Below are positions 16,184 through 23,339 of a DNA stretch of 64,000 bases, piece after piece. Under the pieces are notes generated by a model that made no database searches, had not been told where the DNA came from, and saw nothing but the letters and a program-made list of their open reading frames with translations. Source of the stretch: Terriglobia bacterium (GTDB lineage: Bacteria; Acidobacteriota; Terriglobia; Bryobacterales; Bryobacteraceae); NCBI GenBank assembly GCA_020073615.1, contig JAIQEX010000013.1:9786-73785 (forward strand). The letters run 5' to 3'. Each line of letters starts with the position of its first letter. Position 1 is the first letter of the stretch. A program made the position numbers and the translations under genes.

Positions 16184-16894
16184 ATGGACAAGGTGCTCGA
16201 CCAACTGGTGGACAGACTCAAGAAGGCGCACGGCGAGCGCCTGGTCTCGGTGGTGCTCTACGGCTCGGCGGCGGCGGGCGACCACCATGCCGGCTTTTCC
16301 GATTTCAATATTCTGTGCGTGCTCAGCCAGATCACGGCGCGCGAGATGGGCGCCAGCGAGGAGATCTTCCGCTGGTGGCGCGCGCAGGGCAGCCCATCGC
16401 CCCTGCTGCTCTCGGAACAAGAGGTGGCTTCTTCCACCGATTGCTTTGCCATAGAGTTCCACGACATCCAGCAGCATCACCGCCTGCTCTACGGCAAGGA
16501 CGTGGTCACGCCGCTCGTGGTGGACAACTCGTTCTACCGCGCGCAGGTGGAGCACGACCTGCGCGCCAAACTCCTGCGGCTGCGCCAGAAGGCTTCCGGG
16601 ATGCTCTCCGATGCCGGCCTGCTGCGCCGCCTGCTGGCCGATTCCATCTCCACCTTTTGCGTGCTGTTCCGCCACGCGCTGGTTCTGCATGGCGTGGCGC
16701 CGCCTTCGCGCAAGCGGGAAGTGATCGCCGGCGCGCGCGAGCGGTTCGGCATCGACGCGGCGCCTTTCGAAAGACTGCTCGATCTCCGCGAGGAGCGCAT
16801 CAAGCCCCGCGAAGTGGAACCTGCCGCCCTGCTGGATTCGTACCTGAAAGGGATCTCCGTGGTGATCGACGCGGTAGACCGGCTGGAAAAATAG
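16184..16894 (+). CDS. nucleotidyltransferase-domain protein (minimal NTase fold plus helical C-domain)
   Basis: The ATG at 16184 has GAGGA upstream. 'VVLYGSAAAGDHHAGFSDFNILCV' fits the G[SG]...D.[DE] minimal NTase motif. Confidence 0.7.
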   Translation: MDKVLDQLVDRLKKAHGERLVSVVLYGSAAAGDHHAGFSDFNILCVLSQITAREMGASEEIFRWWRAQGSPSPLLLSEQEVASSTDCFAIEFHDIQQHHRLLYGKDVVTPLVVDNSFYRAQVEHDLRAKLLRLRQKASGMLSDAGLLRRLLADSISTFCVLFRHALVLHGVAPPSRKREVIAGARERFGIDAAPFERLLDLREERIKPREVEPAALLDSYLKGISVVIDAVDRLEK

Positions 16895-16904
16895 GAGACG
16901 ACAC

Positions 16905-17474
16905 GTGAAAACTGCTCTGATCGTAATCCTGGTAGTAATCGTCGTGGTGGCGCTCGGCTCGGTGAGCAAATACTACGGCGTCAGAAACGACCTGGTGACG
17001 CAGCGCGAGGCCGTGACCGCGCAATGGGCCGACGTGGAAAACGCCCTGCAACGCCGCGCCGACCTCATCCCCAACCTGGTTGCCACCGTGAAGGGCTTCG
17101 CCTCGCACGAAACCGAAGTCTTCAAGAATATTGCCGACGCGCGCGCCGCGCTGATCGGCGGCCGCACTCCGCAGGAAAAGATCGCGGCCAACGACCAGCT
17201 CTCCGGGGCGCTCTCGCGCCTGCTGGTAATCGCCGAGAATTATCCGCAATTGAAGTCCAACGAAAACTTCCTGCGCCTGCAGGACGAACTGGCGGGCACG
17301 GAGAACCGCATCGCGGTGGAGCGCAAGAAATACAACGACGCGCTGCAGCACTACAACACCTCCATCCAGTTGTTCCCCAACAATATTGTGGCGTCGATGG
17401 CCGGCTTCACGCGCAACGACGCGTACTTCAAGACCGAACCGGGCAAGGCTACGGCGCCGAAGGTGCAATTTTAG
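16905..17474 (+). CDS. lemA: LemA family protein
   Basis: GTG start with AGGAG upstream. It has an N-terminal TM helix, and 'AQWADVENALQRRADLIPNLV...ENYPQLKSNENF' is typical of LemA. Confidence 0.9.
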   Translation: MKTALIVILVVIVVVALGSVSKYYGVRNDLVTQREAVTAQWADVENALQRRADLIPNLVATVKGFASHETEVFKNIADARAALIGGRTPQEKIAANDQLSGALSRLLVIAENYPQLKSNENFLRLQDELAGTENRIAVERKKYNDALQHYNTSIQLFPNNIVASMAGFTRNDAYFKTEPGKATAPKVQF

Positions 17475-17492
17475 GAGCCGCTGCCGGAATCT

Positions 17493-18935
17493 ATGCCGGA
17501 AATCTTCGCAAATTATATCGCGGGCGATTGGGTCAACGGCGCCCCGGTGTTTGAGGACCGCAATCCCGCCAACGGAGAAGTGGTCGGCTGCTTCGTGAAG
17601 GGCACCGCGCGAGACGTGGAAGCAGCCGCCGATGCCGCCGCCCGCGCGCTGCCCGCATGGTCCGCCATGAGCGCACCGGCGCGCGGCAACATCCTCTACA
17701 AAGCGGCCGGCATTCTGGACGGAAATTTCGCGCGGGTCTCCGCCGACATGACGCGCGAGGAAGGCAAGACCCTGCCCGAGGCCAAGGGCGAAGTGCGGCG
17801 CACCATCAATATCCTGCGCTACTTTGCCGGGGAAGGCTCACGCCTGCCGGGCATGCTGGCGCCTTCCGAACGCGACCGCGTCCACATGTTCGCGCTACGC
17901 AAGCCGGTGGGCGTGGTGGGACTGATCACGCCCTGGAATTTCCCGAGCGCCATCCCCGCCTGGAAACTGGCGCCGGCACTCATCTGCGGCAATACGGTGG
18001 TGCTCAAGCCCGCCTCGGCGGCTCCTTTGAGCGCGTGGCGCATCGTGGAGGCGCTCCACGAAGCCGGCGTTCCCAAGGGCGTGGTCAACTTCGTGGCGGG
18101 CCCCGGCGGCGAACTGGGCCACGCGCTGGTGAACGCGGGTCCCTTGCGGGCGGTGTCGTTCACCGGGTCGTGCCAGGTCGGCAACGCACTGCACGCCGAA
18201 GCCTCCCAACGGCGCCTGCGCATCCAGCTCGAGATGGGCGGCAAGAACCCGACCATCGTGCTGGCCGACGCCGACTTTCCCACCGCGGTAGAGAACGTGG
18301 TCAACGCCGCCTTCTTTTCCACGGGGCAGAAGTGCACGGCCACCAGCCGCGCCATCGTGGAAGACGCGGTTTACGACCGGTTCGTGGCCGCCGTGGTGGA
18401 GCGCACGAAAAGGCTCAAGGTCGGTGACGGGATGGATCCGGGCATCGACATCGGGCCGTGCGTGGACCAGGCGCAGATGGAGACCGTGCTGCGCTACATC
18501 GAAATCGGCCGCCAGGAATCGGGCGAGCCGCGCTGTGGCGGCCGCAGGCTGGCCGAGGGTGCCCTGGCCAAGGGGTATTTTGTCGAGCCCACGGTCTTCG
18601 CCGATGTCGCCGAAGAGCACACCATCGCGCGCGAAGAGATATTCGGGCCGGTGCTCGCCATCCTGCGGGCCAGGGATTTCGAGGACGCCCTGCGCATGGC
18701 CAACAACACCCCGTTTGGGCTTTCCTCCTCCATCCAGACTTCCAACCTGTCGCGCGTCTTCGAATACGTCTACCGCGCCGAGGCCGGACTGCTGACCGTC
18801 AACCTGCCCAGCGCCGGCGTGGAGTACCAGCTTCCCTTCGGCGGCTCCAAGGAATCCAGCTTCGGCCCCAAGGAGCAGGGCCAGGCGGCGCTGGAGTTCT
18901 ACAGCGACTATAAGACCGTCTATCTGAAATACTGA
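17493..18935 (+). CDS. NAD(P)-dependent aldehyde dehydrogenase (2,5-dioxovalerate / alpha-ketoglutaric semialdehyde dehydrogenase-like)
   Basis: ALDH motifs are present: 'LEMGGKNP' (catalytic Glu) and 'FFSTGQKCTATSR' (catalytic Cys). The subfamily assignment comes from context with the next gene. Confidence 0.8.
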   Translation: MPEIFANYIAGDWVNGAPVFEDRNPANGEVVGCFVKGTARDVEAAADAAARALPAWSAMSAPARGNILYKAAGILDGNFARVSADMTREEGKTLPEAKGEVRRTINILRYFAGEGSRLPGMLAPSERDRVHMFALRKPVGVVGLITPWNFPSAIPAWKLAPALICGNTVVLKPASAAPLSAWRIVEALHEAGVPKGVVNFVAGPGGELGHALVNAGPLRAVSFTGSCQVGNALHAEASQRRLRIQLEMGGKNPTIVLADADFPTAVENVVNAAFFSTGQKCTATSRAIVEDAVYDRFVAAVVERTKRLKVGDGMDPGIDIGPCVDQAQMETVLRYIEIGRQESGEPRCGGRRLAEGALAKGYFVEPTVFADVAEEHTIAREEIFGPVLAILRARDFEDALRMANNTPFGLSSSIQTSNLSRVFEYVYRAEAGLLTVNLPSAGVEYQLPFGGSKESSFGPKEQGQAALEFYSDYKTVYLKY

Positions 18936-18943
18936 GCACCGCC

Positions 18944-19813
18944 ATGCGCCTGGGACAAATCAAACTGCAAGGTACCGTGACCGCCGCCGTCTTCGAGAAC
19001 GAGCCGCCGGCCCCACCCCGCATGGCGCGGCCGATTCCGGGCCACACCATGCTCGATCTCCTGCGGCGCGCGGAACGGGAGGAGACGCCGCTCGACCAAC
19101 TGGCCGCGCAGCTTGCCAGCCGCCGTGCCGAAGAGGCGGTGCCGCTGGTGCCCATCCACCCGCCCGAGGTATGGGGCTGCGGCTGCACCTACCAGACCAG
19201 CGCCGACTTCCGCGATGCCGAGCGCGGCACCCGCGAGGGCATGTACGCGCACGTCTACCGCGCGCCGCGGCCGGAGATCTTCTTCAAGGGCACGGCGCGC
19301 GTCTGCGTGGCCAGCGGGCAGGCCATCGGCATTCGCCCCGATTCCCGCTTCACCGCACCCGAGCCGGAACTGGCGGTGGTGTTGGGCAGCCGCGGCCGCA
19401 TCGCGGGCTTCACCCTGGCCAACGACGTTTCCGCGTGGGACATCGAACGCGAAAATCCCCTGTACCTGCCGCAATCGAAGATTTTCAGCGGCTGCTGCGC
19501 GCTGGGGCCCGTCCTGCTCACGGCCGGCGAGTTGCCGGACGTATACCGGCTCGAGATGACCTGCACCATCACGCGCCAGGGCAAGGAACTGTTCTGGGGT
19601 AGGATCTCGACCTCCAAACTCAACCGGCGGCTGGAAACGCTCATCGAGTACCTCACGCGCGCCAATCCGGTGCCGTGCGGAACGGTGCTGATGACCGGCA
19701 CCGGCATCGTGGTGCCGTCCGACGCCGCCACCGCGCTCGCGCCCGGCGACGTGGTGACCATCGGCGTCCCCGAGATCGGCGAGCTGACCAACCCGGCCGC
19801 GATGGCGGAGTAA
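18944..19813 (+). CDS. fumarylacetoacetate hydrolase (FAH) family protein, KdaD-like dehydratase candidate
   Basis: 'EPELAVVLG', 'FTLANDVSAWDIE' and 'GTVLMTGTGIV' fit the FAH-fold C-domain; 289 aa. Confidence 0.75.
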   Translation: MRLGQIKLQGTVTAAVFENEPPAPPRMARPIPGHTMLDLLRRAEREETPLDQLAAQLASRRAEEAVPLVPIHPPEVWGCGCTYQTSADFRDAERGTREGMYAHVYRAPRPEIFFKGTARVCVASGQAIGIRPDSRFTAPEPELAVVLGSRGRIAGFTLANDVSAWDIERENPLYLPQSKIFSGCCALGPVLLTAGELPDVYRLEMTCTITRQGKELFWGRISTSKLNRRLETLIEYLTRANPVPCGTVLMTGTGIVVPSDAATALAPGDVVTIGVPEIGELTNPAAMAE

Positions 19814-19819
19814 CCTCCC

Positions 19820-20176
19820 ATGGCGGACCTCCCCCGGCTGGCGCAAATCGCGGTGAACCTGAAGATTCCGGAAATCCGGCGGCACATTTTTCTGTGCTGC
19901 GATCAGAGCAAGCCCAAATGCTGCCCCCCCGAGGCCGGCCTGGAAGCCTGGGAATACCTGAAGCAGCGGCTGGCGGAGCTGGGCCTGCTCGACCGCGTTT
20001 TCCGCACCAAGGCCAACTGCCTGCGCGTCTGCGAGCAGGGCCCGATCGCGGTGGTATATCCCGAGGGCGTCTGGTATTGCGTGGCGACGCCCGAGGTGCT
20101 GGAGCGCATCATCCAGGAACACCTGATCGGCGGCCGCGTGGTGCAAGAGTACGCCTTCGCGGAGAATCCGCTGTAG
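19820..20176 (+). CDS. thioredoxin-like [2Fe-2S] ferredoxin-domain protein
   Basis: '[13 protein letters not shown]...[22 protein letters not shown]' shows the Cys pattern and the GP..V.YPEG..Y motif of this family. Confidence 0.65.
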   Translation: MADLPRLAQIAVNLKIPEIRRHIFLCCDQSKPKCCPPEAGLEAWEYLKQRLAELGLLDRVFRTKANCLRVCEQGPIAVVYPEGVWYCVATPEVLERIIQEHLIGGRVVQEYAFAENPL

Positions 20177-20350
20177 TAGGGCAGGCCCGGGCATCGACCA
20201 ACTACATTTCCCCAATGCCATCGCCAGGGGCGGCCGTGTTATTGTGGTGCTTCAATAGTTCCTTTTCAGTCCGCCGGTTTACGACAATCCGGGCCGAAGC
20301 GAGGGAATTGAATACTCGTCGAGGCCGCCGCGACGCTGCTCGTCCACTAC

Positions 20351-21964
20351 ATGGAAAGAACAACCCTCTTCGGCCGTCATCGAGAACAGGTGCTCGACGC
20401 AGGGGTCGCTCTGTCCTTGGCGAATCTTCTCTTTTTGAATGTGTGGGTGCAACTGCTCGATCGTAAGACGGAGGATTTTTTCCTGAGGACACCGGCGCCG
20501 CCGTCGCTCGCAATTGTCACGGCCATTGACGTCGTTTTGGTCGGGAGCCTGCTATACTTCTCGTTCCGTTTGGGACGGCGTCTGACGGGTTTCGCGCGGA
20601 AGGCGTGCGAGCTCGTTCTTCTGGGAATTCTGCTGGTCCCGCTGAACATTCTGCGCACCCGAGTCCTGAAGCTGGGGGCATCGGGCCTGCTCCACCATGG
20701 GATCACAATCCTGCTGGCGCCGGCGGCATGCGTCGTCGCGTGGGTGGTCGTGCGTCATCGACAGCCCTCGATTCGGCTTGCGCGCCGCCTGGCGATACTG
20801 CTGTTAGCGCTGTTCCCGTTGGAGGTCGCACATGTAGCGGTGGTTTCCAGCCCCACCGGATCCGATCGCCCGCTCGCGGCTCGAATCCAGCGCAGCCAGT
20901 CCAGACATCTCCGCGTCGTGTGGGTGATCTTCGACGAGTTCGACGAGTGCCTGGCCTTCTCGGGCCGGCCGTCGAGTGTCGCCCTCCCCGAACTGGACAG
21001 GTTGCGGAGAGAGTCGATCTTTTCCACGAGAGCCCGTCCTCCCGGCCCGGCCACGATTCGTTCGATTCCTTGCTTGTTCACCGGGAAGTACGTGGATGAG
21101 GCCGAGGTCGTGAAACCGTACGATCTCAGCATCCGCTATCGCGGCGAGAAGGGGTTCCATTTATGGAGCGAGGAACCGAGCGTTTTCAAAACCGCGTATT
21201 CGCTAGGGTTCAATACGGGACTTGCCGGATGGTTCCATCCGTACTGTCGCCTTTTCTCTTTCACCGCGTGCGATTGGGTTCCGACATCCAGCGTATTCGC
21301 ACGGGAAGACTACGCGCAGCACCTGTCGTTGGTGCCGAGCATTCTGCTGCAACTCAGGCTGCAGACGATCGAAGTCCCGGGCTTGGGTTTTGCGTTTCAT
21401 GGCGTTGAAACTACGCCCTCGAGACAAATTCCGTCGCTGCGTTCACGGTCCCGGGCGCACGAGATTCGAGAATATCGGGACATCCACCAGGCTGCGATGC
21501 GCCAACTCCGGGACCAGGGTCTGGACCTTGTCTTCCTTCACTGGCCCATGCCACACCCGCTTTACTTCTTCGATCGGCGCACGGGAGATTTTACGACAGG
21601 CGACGGCGCCAACTACTTTGACGCTCTTGCCCTGGTCGACCGGACCGTCGGTGATATCCGAAGCACGTTGCAGCAGGAAGGGGTCTGGGATGAAACGGCG
21701 CTCTTGATCTCTTCCGATCACCCCCTCAGAGCGGACGAAGCGCGAGTTTTAGGAGCCTGGTCTCAGGAAGAAGAAGGCGTGCTCGGCAAGGAGAAGTGTT
21801 CCTACATCCCTTTTCTGCTCAAGATGCCTGGCCAGCGGCGCGCGATCCAGTACGACGGGGACCTCGGTGCGTTGGTTAGCGGTGACCTCTTGCTCGCCAT
21901 CCTGAAAGGCGAGGTCAAGTCTCCGGAAGCAGCGATCCAATGGCTGCGCACTCACCCCAGGTAA
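20351..21964 (+). CDS. membrane-anchored sulfatase / alkaline-phosphatase-superfamily protein (LtaS/EptA-like architecture)
   Basis: About five N-terminal TM helices are followed by 'VVWVIFDEFD' (metal-binding Asp region) and 'LLISSDHP'. GC is visibly lower (a sample line at 20401-20460 is 52%). Confidence 0.55.
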   Translation: MERTTLFGRHREQVLDAGVALSLANLLFLNVWVQLLDRKTEDFFLRTPAPPSLAIVTAIDVVLVGSLLYFSFRLGRRLTGFARKACELVLLGILLVPLNILRTRVLKLGASGLLHHGITILLAPAACVVAWVVVRHRQPSIRLARRLAILLLALFPLEVAHVAVVSSPTGSDRPLAARIQRSQSRHLRVVWVIFDEFDECLAFSGRPSSVALPELDRLRRESIFSTRARPPGPATIRSIPCLFTGKYVDEAEVVKPYDLSIRYRGEKGFHLWSEEPSVFKTAYSLGFNTGLAGWFHPYCRLFSFTACDWVPTSSVFAREDYAQHLSLVPSILLQLRLQTIEVPGLGFAFHGVETTPSRQIPSLRSRSRAHEIREYRDIHQAAMRQLRDQGLDLVFLHWPMPHPLYFFDRRTGDFTTGDGANYFDALALVDRTVGDIRSTLQQEGVWDETALLISSDHPLRADEARVLGAWSQEEEGVLGKEKCSYIPFLLKMPGQRRAIQYDGDLGALVSGDLLLAILKGEVKSPEAAIQWLRTHPR

Positions 21965-22078
21965 GTCCAGCTCATCCCTCCGCCCAGGGATTGAGCAGCC
22001 GGAACAGCCAGCCCGGTTTTGGGCGGCCGTGGGGCGGCGCAGCTCCGACAGCACGCAGGTATCGAGCAACACTCTCAC
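21965..22078 (-). pseudogene. vapC: vapC (PIN toxin) 5' remnant
   Basis: A GTG start at 22078 gives 'VRVLLDTCVLSELRRP', the PIN N-terminus with its first acidic residue. The similarity is lost after about 20 aa, and the frame then runs antisense into the sulfatase-like gene. Confidence 0.5.
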
Positions 22079-22251
22079 AGCCGGGCGTTCCGTAGGGGGG
22101 AGCGATCCCGCGCGAGGCCCAGGCCTTCCGGGGATGGACCATCGCCGAGCAGGAACTCCTTGAAACCCGGCGGCCGTCTGAATGCGCTGACGATACGGTG
22201 CCCGCTAAGATATATCGGAGAGCCGCCTTGAAAACCCTGGTACTTCTCGCC
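22075..22251 (-). pseudogene. vapB: vapB (AbrB/VagC-type antitoxin) remnant
   Basis: The frame ends '...FQGGSPIYLSGHRIVSAFRRPPGFKEFLLGDGPSPEGLGLARDRSPLRNARL*', which resembles VagC-type VapB C-terminal halves. Its TGA overlaps the vapC GTG (GTGA). No credible start is present, and the upstream part is antisense to the next gene. Confidence 0.4.
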
Positions 22252-22788
22252 CTGTGCGGCGCGGCGCACGCCACGCTGCTGCGCTACTGGGTGGAGCCCT
22301 GCACGCGGCCGGAGAGCGGGTGCCGCGCGGGCGATCCGGAACTGGCGCAATGGGCGATCGAGGCGTGGCAGGCGGCTTCGGGCGGCGCGCTCACGTTCGA
22401 AAAAACGGCGGACCGGGCGCGCGCCCACATCCGCATCCATTGGGCCACCGGCCGCGAAGGGCTCTTCGGAGAGACGCGCCCGATCATGGTGGACGAGGTG
22501 CGCGGCGCCGAGGTCTACATCCTGCCCACGGTCGTTCCCCCGGATGAGCACGACGTGCTGCTGCGCGACGCCATCGTCTACCTGACGTGCCTGCACGAGA
22601 CCGGGCACGCCCTCGGCCTGGCGCACACTTCCGTGTTCGCCGACATCATGTACAGCTTCCAGTACGGAGGCGATATTCCCGAATATTTCGCGCGTTACCG
22701 CCGGCGACTCGCGGCGCGCGCCGACATACGCAAGCATTCCGGCATGTCGTCCGCGGACCGCAAGCGGCTGGCGGAGCTGTTTCCCTAA
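22228..22788 (+). CDS. secreted matrixin-like zinc metalloprotease
   Basis: 'HETGHALGLAH' (HExxHxxGxxH) is followed by an 'IMY' Met-turn. The TTG at 22228 has GGAG 7 nt upstream and gives the signal peptide 'MKTLVLLALCGAAHA'. The ORF track starts at GTG 22198. Confidence 0.75.
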   Translation: MKTLVLLALCGAAHATLLRYWVEPCTRPESGCRAGDPELAQWAIEAWQAASGGALTFEKTADRARAHIRIHWATGREGLFGETRPIMVDEVRGAEVYILPTVVPPDEHDVLLRDAIVYLTCLHETGHALGLAHTSVFADIMYSFQYGGDIPEYFARYRRRLAARADIRKHSGMSSADRKRLAELFP

Positions 22789-22932
22789 TCCCATGGACAG
22801 CCTATGGAGCAAACGATGCAGCGCGGAGACGGCCTTGGCAGCAACAGGGGTACGATCCAGCACTTTTCTGAGGTTGCCGCCGAACGGTATCGCATCGACC
22901 AACCGGTGAGGCCGCCGCGGCGAATTTTTCCC

Positions 22933-22968
22933 TTGACATACGTCCCGTTTAGTACTAATTAATTAGTA
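22933..22968 (+). promoter_or_regulatory. blaI promoter with a perfect 16-bp palindromic operator
   Basis: TTGACA (22933-22938), a 17-nt spacer, then TAATTA (22956-22961). The palindrome TACTAATTAATTAGTA (22953-22968) spans the -10 and reaches the A of the ATG at 22968. Confidence 0.5.
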
Positions 22969-23339
22969 TGAGGCGGCGAAGCACGACCTTGACCGGGCAG
23001 GAACTGGAAATCATGAAGATCGTCTGGGAGCGCGAAAGCGTCACCGTCCGCGACGTCTATGAGGCGTTGCTCGAGCGGCGCAAAGTGGCCTATACGACGG
23101 TCATGACCATGATGAAGATCCTGGAACAGAAGAAGTATCTCAAGAAGACCGCGGTCGACCGCGCGCACGTCTACCGGCCGGCACAGCCCAAGGGGCAGGT
23201 GGTGGGGGCCATGGTCCGCGAGTTCGTCAACCGGGTGTTCAACGGCTCGGCCGAGCCGCTGCTGGTCCACCTGGTGCAGGAACATAACCTCTCGCGCGAG
23301 GATCTGGACGAGATCGCGCGGCTGCGGAGGAAGGCATGA
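22968..23339 (+). CDS. blaI: BlaI/MecI/CopY-family transcriptional repressor
   Basis: 'LTGQELEIMKIVWERESVTVRDVYEAL...YTTVMTMMKILEQKKYL' is a penicillinase-repressor winged helix; 123 aa. Confidence 0.9.
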   Translation: MRRRSTTLTGQELEIMKIVWERESVTVRDVYEALLERRKVAYTTVMTMMKILEQKKYLKKTAVDRAHVYRPAQPKGQVVGAMVREFVNRVFNGSAEPLLVHLVQEHNLSREDLDEIARLRRKA

